Source of the DNA: Octopus vulgaris
Lineage: Eukaryota
Length of the DNA: 64,000 nt
Assembly (NCBI GenBank): GCA_951406725.2
Contig: OX597816.1
Span: 93,124,001 to 93,188,000 of the forward strand
Direction: 5' to 3'
The position numbers and the translations under genes were made by a program. Below the pieces are notes generated by a model. It was not told the DNA's origin and did not search any database. It was given only the letters and a program-made list of their open reading frames with translations. Below are positions 11,525 through 23,809 of this stretch, in pieces (position 1 is the stretch's first letter; each line of letters opens with the position of its first letter).

Positions 11525-12926
11525 GTTCAGGCTAAATTTGACAATTTTTGTATATCTCCTTCTTTCAAGAACAGTTTCATGTATTGGTGAAAAGTCAATG
11601 GCATAGGAGAGCATCAAGATTAATAGAGTAGTTGAGAAAAAGTTAGTTGACATGAAAGACTGGAGGCCATCTGAGTATTGGAAAAGAGTTACTTGTAATA
11701 TGATGATTTGTGCTGGATATCAAAATGTCAATATCATGATCGCTGGTCAATGCTCTGTGAACAGTGTAAAGGTTGTAAGATGAGGTGTGGACAGCTGTAA
11801 GTGACTACAAAGCTGTGGCCAACAGGAAGGACACAGCAAACGCTCTGACTGTGTCCATGTGCCAGAATGTGTCTAACAACTGCAGACAATGTGATGGAGG
11901 ATCTGCACAAAGGAATCCTGGCTTTGGTGAAAGATGAATGTTGGAGTCACCATCATGAAGCTGGTGATGATACCATTGATACAAGAGATGTGAAGGAGAA
12001 ACTCTGACAACCAAGACCAAGGAGAACCTCTGCACAAAGGCAAAGAAGCTTCTGAACAATCTGAGGCATCCTGTTGAACCAAGGATGGTCTAGTTTTTCT
12101 CAGATGAAAAGAAATTCTGCATGGACCAGTTGCACAATACCCAGAACAACAGGTGGCTACCTACAATTCATGTGATGTCCCACAAATCATGAAAACCAAG
12201 TCTCCCAAACTGTGATGGTCCTTAAGTATGTCTGTTGTGTGGACGACCCCAGACAATGAAGTAGGCTAGCCCAATACGTAGATATAGACGGAGAAGCCTA
12301 GGCATCAGTGGTAGTAGACTAAGAGAGCAGAATTGAGTAGAACGTGCAACATAACAGTCTCCTATGGGGGTAGTGTACTGTTACCCATCTTTGAACAGGG
12401 CTTTAGGCTCAGTTCAAACAGCTATGTGAAACTGCTTGACACTGTGGTCCATCTCTGGCTGAAGAGGGCTGCTGCTGAAAGGTCATATATGAGGCAGCAA
12501 GTTTTGGCCCCTTGCCATACCTCAGGAAAATGACAGAAGTAATTGTTGGACAATTTCTACTTCACCAGCCCTGATTTCTGGCCTCTTAATTCCCACATTT
12601 TTAACTCCATGAGGTGCTATGTGTTGGGTGCAGTTGATAAACATGCCAACAGCTCTGCTTGCTGCACCAAGGCTGAACTGGTGGCTTAAAAGGAAGAGGC
12701 ATTCAAAGATCTTCCCAAGTACACAGTGAGGAATGCATACACCAAGTTCTAGAGGTGTCTTTAGGCTGTGATGGGAGCTGAGAGCAGTTACATTGAGTAA
12801 ACTGTTATCTCCTAGCCATAATCTAGCTGGCATATTTTTATCTTTTCAAATACTTTTATTCTTGGATGGAATATTGTGTTTTCTTTTCCTATTATGCAAA
12901 GTGTCAAATGTTACCTAAGCACCCTG
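11519..12926 (+). mobile_element. Tc1/mariner element of maT (DD37D-like) type, pseudogenised
   Basis: TIRs AGGGTGTTCAGGCTAAATTTGACA / TGTCAAATGTTACCTAAGCACCCTG. Relic motifs FFSDEKKFCMDQLHNTQNNRW, QQVLAPCHTS and FWPLNSHIFNSM (cf. WPPNSPDxNPLD). Confidence 0.8.
12233..12356. mobile_element. About 124-bp insertion in the maT transposase (solo-LTR-like)
   Basis: Begins TGTTG, ends AACA and is flanked by duplicated GTC. Removing it restores the frame VMVLKYVSYGGSVLLPIFEQG. Confidence 0.5.
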
Positions 12927-12928
12927 AT

Positions 12929-12972
<44 letters not shown>

Positions 12973-12981
12973 TGTGTGTGC

Positions 12982-13026
<45 letters not shown>

Positions 13027-13031
13027 TGTAC

Positions 13032-13066
<35 letters not shown>

Positions 13067-13240
13067 TAAAAGGGAGATCTCAAAGAAATAGCTATAACTC
13101 TTTGACTGCTATTTCTAAATTCGGTATGTGGTAAGGCAATTCGTTGCTAAACCCTTTATTGCTTAGTATATATATAAATATATATATATATACCTACATA
13201 TATATATATACATACATACATACATACATACATACATACA

Positions 13241-13271
<31 letters not shown>

Positions 13272-14000
13272 GAGTGTGTAATTATCTTATCATGAGTAAT
13301 CTGACTTTGATTAAAGAATGAAAAGCTGAACATAATGTAAAGAAACAGCAAAATGAAATAAGATAATAGTTTGCTCTCTTCAGAGGAAAAAAAGAAAAAA
13401 AATTTTGATGTATGATTTAAAGTGATAGAAAAATAAAGCAAGAGTTGTCAAAAATAAGAGGAAAGTGTCAATGCTGTGTAAAAGATCGGAGTCAAACAAA
13501 TAGCTCCTGTGGAAGCTTATCAAAACTTGACAACTGATGTAGATCACTTTGAATATATAAAAATGGTAAGGGTAAAAACTACAAGATGGTGGTATCTTTG
13601 GAAGAACTGGATAAAAGTAAAATGAAATTATTGATATTTCATTTACCTTCACCAATAAGTAAATGTCAATCCGAAAGGAATACTGTTTGTAGGAAAGGCT
13701 TGAGATATAAAAAGAAAAAAGAAATTACTTATACTGGAAAATTGGAAGGAAATATACTGCAAGTGAGAAGTGAAGAAGGAGAAGAAATGAAGGAAAAATG
13801 TATAATTGAAGAATATAAGAGATGTCAAAGAATTAAAAGTCAAAATAAAATTGAGAGAGTTAAAATAGAATCCATATTTACATTTAGGTACACATACATA
13901 CATACATACATACATACATGTATACATGCATACATACAAATGTGTAAAGATACACAACTCACATGTTCAAACAGACATGCACAAATATACCAATATAAAA

Positions 14001-14002
<2 letters not shown>

Positions 14003-14045
<43 letters not shown>

Positions 14046-14073
14046 CACACACAGACAGACAGACACACAGACA

Positions 14074-14134
<61 letters not shown>

Positions 14135-14143
14135 ACAGACAGG

Positions 14144-14189
<46 letters not shown>

Positions 14190-14190
14190 T
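14003..14190. repeat. Compound tetranucleotide microsatellite (AGAC)n-(AGGC)n-(AGAT)n
   Basis: Directly visible. Confidence 0.95.
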
Positions 14191-15319
14191 CAAGCTAGCT
14201 AAATAGACAGACAGACAGGCAGATTAATATTTTTAATTGATCATTTGGTAGTCAAGAAAAGAAAGTCTTGTTTAGGAAAATAATCTAGGATAGACTACCT
14301 TGTGATTTGCCAAGAAAATTTTGTTGTTTTACTTTACATCTAGTACATGTGGATGCACGAGAATGGAACAAATTCAGAAGTTCTTCCAACTCTCTAAACA
14401 CTATTTTACTGGACCAATGAGGGACGAACCAAAATCAGTGACTAAATTTCAATCAAATCACACTCTACCATCTTGATTAAGGAGAGAGCATAGGCAATGT
14501 AGTCATAAAACCCACAAAAATACAAGATAGTCTTAAAAAGATTGCCCTTTGATAATAAATCTGCTCGATCAGGGATAACTGGGAACCAAACAGCAATGGC
14601 ATATTACATTAAGTTCATTATAACAATTGTCTTCTTCAGATATCAAATTAATATACTTGTGATTTGATGAAAGTTTGTAAACCAGGTAATTTCTTTTGTG
14701 CTTTAGCAAATCTATTTTTGTCTTTAAGAAGGCAATATCACTAACAGACTGTAGTTATTTCATGTGTGATCTAAAAAGTTGAGTGAATGATTAGTATGAT
14801 ACTAATCTATTAGAATTTGTTTTAGTACCCTTAAATTCTCAAACCTATTGAATGTACGAGTACATTTTAGCAGATGTGATTTCATTCGTCTTATAACACT
14901 GGAAGTCAAAGAAGTGGGTAGTTCCTTGGTTTTGTGTTTATGGTTGAAAATAATGATGTTTCTGTTAATTAGCAAGCTGTAAGCACAAGACCATGTTGCT
15001 TTTTCCAAGGGTAATTTATGCAAAAATGCACCCACTAAAGTGGGTTCAAAGGATTCATTTGTTCTCCTACTAGAACTGATTATGTTCTCCATATTCATTA
15101 GTTCTTAGTATTTCCATTGTAATATTTTTGTGCATTCTTTTTTCCATTCACACTGAAACGTGTGTCAATTCTATCCTCACCATAGTTTCTGTTTTTCAAC
15201 CTAAGTATCAACACATTTTGCATGTGTGACACAAATGTGCTTAATTCTGCATGCTGATATGTGTGTATGAATGTGTGTGTGTGTGTGTGTATGTGTGTGT
15301 GAGTGTAGTGTGTGTATGT

Positions 15320-15570
15320 GAGGGAAAAGAGAGATAAGGAGGGAAGTGAAACAGAGAGGGAGAATGAGAGAGAGGGAGAGAGTAAGAGATAGGAGGAGAA
15401 TGAGAGAGAGAGAGGAGGGAGAGTGAAAGAGAGGGAGGAAGAGTGAGAGAGGGGGAGAGTAAGAGTGAGAGGAGAGTAAGAGGCAGGAGGAGAGTAAGAG
15501 GCAGGAGGAGAGTAAGAGGCAGGAGGAGAGTAAGAGGCAGGAGGAGAGTGAGAGAGGGAGTGAGGGAGAG
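15320..15570. repeat. Purine-rich tract with an 18-bp minisatellite (AGGAGAGTAAGAGGCAGG, about 4 copies)
   Basis: Directly visible; explains the R/S/L-rich ORFs here. Confidence 0.9.
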
Positions 15571-16134
15571 TGTGTGTGTAGGAGTGGAAGCAGTGTTGAG
15601 TAGTAAAAAATTTGCATCACAGGTTTTGTGAAAAAAAAGATGCCAGAGTAGGCGATAAAATATCAATATGTAATTCACAGGCCTATAAATTTTTATTTAC
15701 CATGGGAATCATAGAATGAAACATATCATTGCTTTAGCTCTTGCCTAAAAATAAAAGAACTAGAGTTAAAACTTAAGTTAAGGAATTTATTTGATGGAAA
15801 GAGAGGTTATCAAGCAAGAGGGGTGATGTGAGAGGGCTGGAAGCCAAAGATACTTCATGAATAAAGGAAAACTGTCAATGCATTGGACAGGAAAGTAGAT
15901 ATATACATCCCTCATATAACTCCTAAAACAGAGTTAAGGTGATATATTTAAATATTGTGAGGAAGAGAAAGATGATAAAATACATAAAAACATTACATCA
16001 ACCAATTACAAAGAATTCCATTTGCAAAAACATCAGTCTTGTGTGGGGAGAGGGGCAGAAGTATCAGTATAGGAGCAGAAATAATTCAGTTGTGATAGGA
16101 TAGTTGTGATACATGCTAACATACATATACATAT

Positions 16135-17400
16135 CATCATCATCCTCGTTTAACGTCCACTTTCCATGCTAGCATGGGTTGGACGATTTGACTGAGGTCT
16201 GGTGAACCAGATGGCTGCACTAGACTCCAGTCTGATCTGGCAGAGTTTCTACAGCTGGATGTCCTTCCTAACGCCAACCACTCCGAGAGTGTAGTGGGTG
16301 CTTTTATGTGCCACCGGCACGAGGGCAAGTTTGGTGGTACTGGCAACAGCAACACTCAAATGGTGCTTTTTATGTGCCACCCGCACATGAGCCAGTCCAG
16401 CGGCATTGGCAACAACCTCGCTCAAATGTTTTTTTTCTGTGCCACCAGCACAGGTGCTAGAATGGCGACACAGGTAATGATCACGCTCGAATGGAGCTTT
16501 TAATATGCCATCAGCAAGGAGGCCAGCTTGTTGCTCTGGCAATCATCATTTAATGTTTTCCATGTAGGCATACAGTGCATGGTTTGACAGGAGCTGGAAA
16601 GATCAGGAGCCACGCACCGGGTTCCATTGCCTGTTTTGGCATGATTTGGGTCCTTTTAACATGATGCAATCATCAGTGATTTTTATGTGGTGCCATCACC
16701 ATTACTTTTTACGTGGCACCAAAACAAGTGTTTTTTACATGACACCAGAACCAACAGGATCACCAAGTACCTTGCAGTATAAGAAAATCCTGAACTGGGA
16801 GGTGGTGAATTGTATTGAGGGGTGTGTGATTTTGCATCAGGTGAGAGATTTAAAGTACAGAGGGGATAGATACAGGTGTATTGCTGTAGAGTAGATACAT
16901 GGATATCCTGGTCGGAAAACAAAGGAAAATAAGTCAGATAGTAAGATAAAGGGAGTGAGAGAGATGATGACGTGTTGGGACATACTGTCAAGGGACATTG
17001 GGGGTGGTGATAATTGGTGGAAAAATTTGGGCTGGGTGATTGGGCAGGATGAGGTGGCTGTAGCAAATGATGGAGAGGAATATAGGAGAGGCTGAAAGGC
17101 ATTAAGCATGATAACAGGCAAGTAAGGAGTTGATGATGGAGAGTATCACAGGGAGGGGAGACAAGGCACAGAAAGTGGGTGGTGGAGACAGCAGGTGAGC
17201 AAAGAAGGTTACTGATGGGGAGTAGTAAAAGTAACTGAGAAAGCCAGAGGGTGTAGTGTGTGCTTATTCTGCTCTCGGGTGATAAAGTAAGTGATGGGTG
17301 TTCGGGGAGGAAATATGGGTGGAGGGGAGAGGATTGACAGGGTAAAGCCCATCATGCCCAAATTCTGTTGTAGTGGGCAGGTCATCTTGAGTACAGCAAT
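16135..17400 (-). mobile_element. Two adjacent RTE-type 3'UTR/tail fragments
   Basis: (CAT)n-CGTTTAACGTCC..TTTCCATGCTAGCATGGG...CTACAGCTGGATG..CCTAACGCCAACCACTC, then a second tail at about 16543 and a long purine-rich UTR like 51950-52380 and the reverse complement of 59425-60240. Confidence 0.75.
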
Positions 17401-17694
17401 GTGCCATATATCTTTGTGAAATGAAAAATTGTTGGAGGAAATATTGATAAATTAATACATTAAGTTCTATCCATGAGGTCTCTATTTTCTAACTCGATAA
17501 AAATGTTTGACATTTTATATTCTATATAATATATTCATTGAAGAATTATCTCTTCAAAATTTCATATATTAAACTAGGGTGTCTTTGATAAATATCCCTA
17601 TAAGATGTTTAAATATCCTCTTTGTGACTATATATATAGCTGAAAATATGTGGAAAACATATATATATAAAATGGAAGAGAAATGCCTTCGTTT

Positions 17695-18979
17695 CACATA
17701 GTTTAATATCTTTTTATAAAGAAATTTCTTTTAATATATATACATATTTTATGGATGTCTTGACATCCAACTGGTTTTCACTATTTAAATTAGCTTTTCA
17801 AGTGACATTGTGAAGTAATCAATTCTTGTGACAAACGGGTCTCACCATTTTAGATGCTTGAAAAATAAGAATGAGTCTAGAGAGTTGACAAAGGGGCGCA
17901 ACAGGTGGCCATCACATTAAAATTAATATTCCATTCAATCTAGCTAAAAAGATCTGTACAATTGTATCTGACACAACCACCTACAAGACCTCAAAACAAC
18001 ACTCATCAAATGTCAATACCCATCAGCACTTATAGACCATGGAATTTAATGTGCCAAGAAATTAGACACAAACATACTAAGGACAACCAAACAAAACACC
18101 ACACCTCACTTTAAATCACTCCCATACATATCAACCCACAACCCCAGAAACAATGAAGCATACAACACAATTATACAAAATCTCCATCTGCTCATTCAAG
18201 ACCTGAAAATGAACCACATCCTAAATACACATAAACTCCTCAAATGCAAAAGACAACACAAATCACTCAAGAGGCTCCCAACAAATTCAAAACTATACTC
18301 AATACACACGATACCAACAGTTAAAAAATGCAGATGACCTAATTGTGGTATATGCCCATACCTAACTGAAGGCTCAGAATTCACATTGCAGCAAGGAGAA
18401 AATTCTCAATTAAGACCAACTTCACATGTGCTTCCCAGAACCTTATCTATGTCCTAACCTGCTCAGGTTGTGGCCACAATTATGTGGGCCAAACAAGCCT
18501 TACTTTGAGATGCAGAATCATGCTGCGTAAAAACAGATTCGTTTTCCTCAATACAGGTAGATAGCCCTGAGCGAACATATCGACAGATGCACAAAAAATA
18601 AAATGCCAAATTTCCATATCTTTCCATTATACCAATGCAAAATTTCAATCTCCTTACAAGAACACCTAAACATGGAAAACTTGTGCATACAAATGTATAG
18701 ACCACACCTTAATATACAAACTTGACTACTTTAAAAATTATACTGAAAAATTAGTTGTCCCTCTTGCCACCTGTTGTCTCCCTTTGTCAACTCTCTAGAC
18801 TCATTCTTATTTTTCAAGCATCCAAAATGGTGAGACCCGTTTGTCACAAGAACTGATTACTACACAATGTTCCTTGAAAAGCTAATTTAAATAGTGAAAA
18901 CTGGTTGGATATCATGACATCCATAAAATATGTACATATATATAAAAAACTTCTTTATAAAAAGATATTAAACTATGAT
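17695..18979 (+). mobile_element. 5'-truncated Penelope-like element with inverted pseudo-LTR
   Basis: 17695-17910 is an inverted copy of 18766-18979, with an RT-thumb/GIY-YIG relic between them. Confidence 0.9.
17910..18725 (+). pseudogene. PLE RT C-terminus plus GIY-YIG endonuclease (stops and frameshifts)
   Basis: HHIKINIPFNLAKKICTIVSD...CQYPSALID...LPYISTHNP...KC..PNCGICPY...FTCASQNLIYVLTCSGCGHNYVGQT...FHIFPLY...YRPHLN-stop. Confidence 0.9.
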
Positions 18980-19346
18980 TTTCCTGATGATTTTCCATAC
19001 AGGGTATTTAAAATGCAAAATTATATATTTATGTTTTGTCATTTTAATTTTGTTTGTGAAATGAAGCAATTGTTGGTGAATAATCATCATCATCAGCATC
19101 ATTATCATCGTTTAACGTCCGTTTTCCATGCTGGCATGGGTTGGACGGTTTGAATGAGGTCTGGAAAGCCAACAGCTGCACCAGGCTGCAATCTGATCTT
19201 CCCAATGTTTCTACAGCTGGATGCCCTTCCTAACATTAGATCTCCCTGTTTTCTAACTCAATAAAGATGTTGGATATTTTAAGATATTCTATATGTCTCT
19301 GCACATTTCCAGTGTTTATTGCTCCTGAGCATTTGCCACAGACAAA

Positions 19347-20355
19347 AATCAAATCAAACCAAATCAAAATAGATGAACATCAATGGAATTTGTATCTTTG
19401 TGGTACCAGTACCGGTGGCACACAAGAAAACCATCCGAACATGGCTGTAGCCAGTACCGCATCGACTGGCCTCCGTGCTGTGGGCACAACAAACACCATC
19501 CAATCGTGGCCGTTCGCCAACCTGTGTCGGTGGCACATAAAAACACCATCCGAAGACCCGGCGACGTAGTCAGTCCACCTGTGCATACCTTCCTTCTTAT
19601 GACACTTGTGAAGACCTGTTGAGGCAAGTGTGTGACACTTGTGAAGACCTGTTGAGGCAGAGGCAAGTGTGTGACACTTTGTGAAGACCTGTTGAGGCAG
19701 AGGCAAGTGTGTGACACTTGTGAAGACCTGTTGAGGCAAGTGAAAATCAAACCAAATCAAAATAGATGAACATCAATGGAATTTGTATCTTTGTGGTACC
19801 AGTACCGGGGGCACACAAGAAAACCATCCGAACGTGGCCGTAGCCAGTACCGCATCGACTGGCCTCTGTGATGTGGGCACATAACAAACACCATCCGATC
19901 GTGGTGGCCCCTACCTGGGACATAGTCAGTCCACCTGTGCATACCTTCCTTCTTGTGACACTTGTGAAGACCTGTTGAGGCAAGTGAAAATCAACAAATC
20001 AAAAAATCAAAACAAATCAAAATAGATGAACATCAATGGAATCTGTATCTCTGTGGTACCAGTGCCGGTGGCACACAAGAAAACCATCCGAACGTGGCTG
20101 TAGCCAGTACCGCATCGACTGGCCTCCGTGCTGTGGGCACATAACAAACGCCATCCGATCGTGGCCGTTCACCAGCCTCATCTGGCACCTGTCCGAAGAC
20201 CCGGCAAGACTAGTCAGGCCATAGCCCGTGGCCCCTTCCTGGGACGTAGTCAGTCCACCTGTGCATACCTTCCTTCTTATGACACTTGTGAAGACCTGTT
20301 GAGGCAAGTGCTAATCAAATCAAATGACACTTGTGAAGACCTGTTGAGGCAAGTG

Positions 20356-20390
<35 letters not shown>

Positions 20391-21280
20391 CATAATCAAA
20401 TCAAAATAGATGAACATCAATGGAATTTGTATCTTTGTGGTACCAATGCCGGTGGCACACAAGAAAACCATCCGAACGTGGCGGTAGCCAGTACCACATC
20501 GACTGGCCTCGTGCTGTGGGCACGTAACAAACACCATCCGATCCAGCCTCATTTGGCACCTGTGCTGGTGGCACATAAAAACACCATCCAAAGACCCGGC
20601 AAGACTAGTCAGGCCATAACCCGTGGCCCCTACCTGGGACGTAGTCAGTCCACCTGTGCATACCTTCCTTCTTATGACACTTGTGAAGACCTGTTGAGGC
20701 AAGTATGTGACACTTGTGAAGACCTGTTGAGGCAAGTGTGTGACAGTTGTGAAGACCTGTTGAGGCAAGTGAAAATCAAACCAAATCAAAATAGATGAAC
20801 ATCAATGGAATTTGTATCTTTGTGGTACCAGTGCCGGTGGTACACAAGAAAACCATCCGAACGTGGCCGTAGCCAGTACCGCATCGACTGGCCTCCGTGC
20901 TGTGGGCACGTAACAAACACCATCCGATCGTGGCCGTTCGCCAGCCTCATCTGGCACTTGTGTCGGTGGCACATAAAAACACCATCCGAGCATGGCCGTC
21001 TGCCAGCCTTGTCTGGCACCTGTGTCGGTGGCACATAAAAAACACCATCCGAGCGTGGCCGTTCGCCAGCCTCGTCTGGCACCTGTGTCGGTGGCACATA
21101 AAATCACCCACTACACTCTCAGAGTGGTTGGCGTTAGGAAGGGCATCCAGCTGTAGAAACACTGCCAGATCTGACTGGCCTGGTGCAGCCTTTGGGCTCC
21201 CCAGACTCCAGTTGAACCGTCCAACCCATGCTAGCATGGAAAGCGGACGTTAAATGAGGATGATGATGATGATGATGATA
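19347..21280 (+). mobile_element. Head-to-tail array of five RTE 3'UTR units ending in one (GAT)n tail
   Basis: Unit marker AGATGAACATCAATGG at 19371, 19764, 20024, 20408 and 20793. The terminal tail CACTCTCAGAGTGGTTGGCG...GGACGTTAAA(TGA)n spans 21090-21280. Confidence 0.85.
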
Positions 21281-21489
21281 TCATATAAAAGATTGTGGGT
21301 AAGGCCAAAACAATGTGAGGTAAATGCAAGATAAATCACAAGAAAACAAATATGTGAATGAATGTAGACTTACCCTGTATTCAATATTTTGGGGTTATGA
21401 CACCATCCTCAAGAAATTTGTTTTCTTGTGATTTACCTTGCATTTACTTCACATTGTTTTGGCCTTACCTACGATCTTTTATATAATAT
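21278..21489. repeat. Inverted repeat (about 74-bp arms, 64-bp spacer)
   Basis: ATATAAAAGATTGTGGGTAAGGCCAAAACAATGTGA...AAGAAAACAAAT versus ATTTGTTTTCTT...TCACATTGTTTTGGCCTTACCTACGATCTTTTATAT. Confidence 0.9.
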
Positions 21490-22283
21490 ATTCTACACAA
21501 TACTTCACAGTAATTTTTTCATACATGTATATATAGGTTTGATGTCAGCATGTGCATATAAGAATTTTTGTGCGTAGTGAGATAAAAAACCAAGGCTGTG
21601 TAGATATTAGAACATTTATATGGTGATGTAAACAGGAAAAATAGAACTCACAATATAAGTATATGTATATTTTTGTTAATTGCAGAAGAGCACCACTAAG
21701 CAGTGATAAGTAAAATTACAATATTATTAGTCCAAATATACTGCACGCTACTCTGTGCATTTTGTCATGGAGAATATATCTCACTTGTTGACAAATGGTA
21801 TGTATACACCCAGATCAGTTCGCAATGCCACCTACTTAGACTTTGAGATGTTAGAATTTCGGAGTAGTTATCTTCTCATCAAATGATGCTACAAACTGAT
21901 TGAAGAGATTGCTTTTCCAATCACCATACTGTGACTGGTAGCATTATATGACAGCTCACCATAAGTATATTACGGAAGAGGAGTGCTAGTAAATTACAGT
22001 GTGGGAGTGCTAAGCAGTGATAAGTAATAATTACAATGTTATTATCAGTCTGAATTTAGCAGAAGCAACAGAGTGACTCGAGGGCCACGAGTTCTGTACA
22101 TGGGCACTTATCAAACTAGTTACAGACCAAAGAGCTGTGGATTTATATAACTGGTAATAATAATATTTCCCTGAGTTGTTTGAGAACAAATTATAAAAAC
22201 AATTATAATGTCAGATAGATAATTAATATTTCTCAGATAGTTTGCCCTGCTCATTATCTCATTCAATAAGTAAATACATATAA

Positions 22284-22500
22284 GGCAATGGGCTGGCAGA
22301 AATGCTAGCATCCCAGGTGAAATGCTTAGCAGTATTTCGTCTGCTATTACATTCTGAGTTCAAATTCCGCCAAGGTTGACTTTGCCCTTCATCCTTCCGG
22401 GGTCGATAAATTAAGTACCAGTTGCATACTGGAGTCGATATACTTTACAGGCACCCCTCCCCCAACATTTCAGGCCTTGTGCTTAGCATAGAAAAGAATA
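22284..22500 (+). mobile_element. SINE family N copy
   Basis: Matches 2316-2545 (CTGGCAGAAA...GAGTTCAAATTCC...GGGGTCGATAAATTAAGTACCAG). Confidence 0.85.
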
Positions 22501-22870
22501 AGTAAATACATACAGAAACAAAGGAAAATATGTAATATGTGCATGTTTACACACATGCACACATATAAGTGATTGTTGGTGAATATAAATTGAGTATAAA
22601 CATATATATATATACATACATACATGTGCATGTATATTCACGCACACTCACACACATTCATATATATATACATATATATACACTCTTAAACATGCATAAT
22701 TAAAGAAATGCATACACACATATATATATACAAACTCAAATAGATGTATCTGTAGAATGAAGTAAGGTTATTTATACATATAGGTGCATAAGGTCATCTA
22801 TATATAATATGTACGCACACACACACACATATTCATACACACACACATAAACATACGTGCACGCACACAC

Positions 22871-22926
<56 letters not shown>

Positions 22927-23026
22927 ACACATATGCACATATCCAAGTATATATAACTTATAAACAAGGGCAAAAGATAAATTATTTCTATGCCAATATG
23001 TTGAAAACAGACTTTAAATCGTCAAT

Positions 23027-23080
23027 TTCCAATACCTTATGAGAAAAATCCAATTGGATTTTTCTCATAAGGTATTGGAA
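23027..23080. repeat. Perfect 54-bp palindrome with no spacer
   Basis: TTCCAATACCTTATGAGAAAAATCCAA|TTGGATTTTTCTCATAAGGTATTGGAA. Confidence 0.95.
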
Positions 23081-23437
23081 TCTTACATATATACCATTCT
23101 ACCTAAAAAATACATATACAAATTCAATATCCCTACATATCTCACATCTATTTTCTTTCCTTCACCCCACTCTTTCTTTTGTATCCCATCTAAATTAATT
23201 ATTACTTAACCCTCCTCTCACACCATCTACCATGAAATATTCTGGAAACAGCTGTAACACCTATCTATAAATGTTCTAATATCTACACAGCCTTGATATG
23301 TTTATCGCATTACGCAAAAATTCTCATATACACACGCTGACATATGATCAATGTTGAACCCCTTATTTGCAAAATCATTGAACCTGGAACTTAACTATGG
23401 TCTGTCTATGGCACTTATTTAGCATTACCTGACACTT

Positions 23438-23462
23438 TTGGGTCTCAATGACACCACTACCT

Positions 23463-23496
<34 letters not shown>

Positions 23497-23519
23497 GTAG
23501 TGGTGTCATTGAGACCCAA
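23438..23519. repeat. Perfect 26-bp inverted repeat around a (TA)n centre
   Basis: TTGGGTCTCAATGACACCACTACCTC-(TA)n-GAGGTAGTGGTGTCATTGAGACCCAA. Confidence 0.95.
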
Positions 23520-23768
23520 TGTAATATATACATTATATATCTAATATATATGTACACATTCATATAAATATGTGTGTGCATGCATTTGCACACACACAAA
23601 TGCACTCACATGTGGGTGAATGTGTATAGAGTAGTTTTATGCTAAATTTCATAGCTCTGTAACTCAGTAGTTTTCAATGCTTGACCTTTCAAGTGCATTG
23701 GAAAAATATATTGATTCATGTATATAAACTTACATTCATACACATATGTGTATATATACACACATACT

Positions 23769-23809
<41 letters not shown>

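Noticed and set aside
13586-14146. 186-aa ORF, the longest in the track
   Set aside because: It is A-rich low-complexity sequence plus tetranucleotide repeats with no recognisable domain.
19600-20772. 32-38-bp hairpin repeats resembling a CRISPR array
   Set aside because: There are no unique spacers and no cas genes, and the repeats sit in a eukaryotic LINE 3'UTR.
19347-21280. Hammerhead retrozyme array
   Set aside because: I found no CUGANGA on either strand of the unit. CUUAUGA-CACUUG...CAAGUG-AAAA is only superficially similar.
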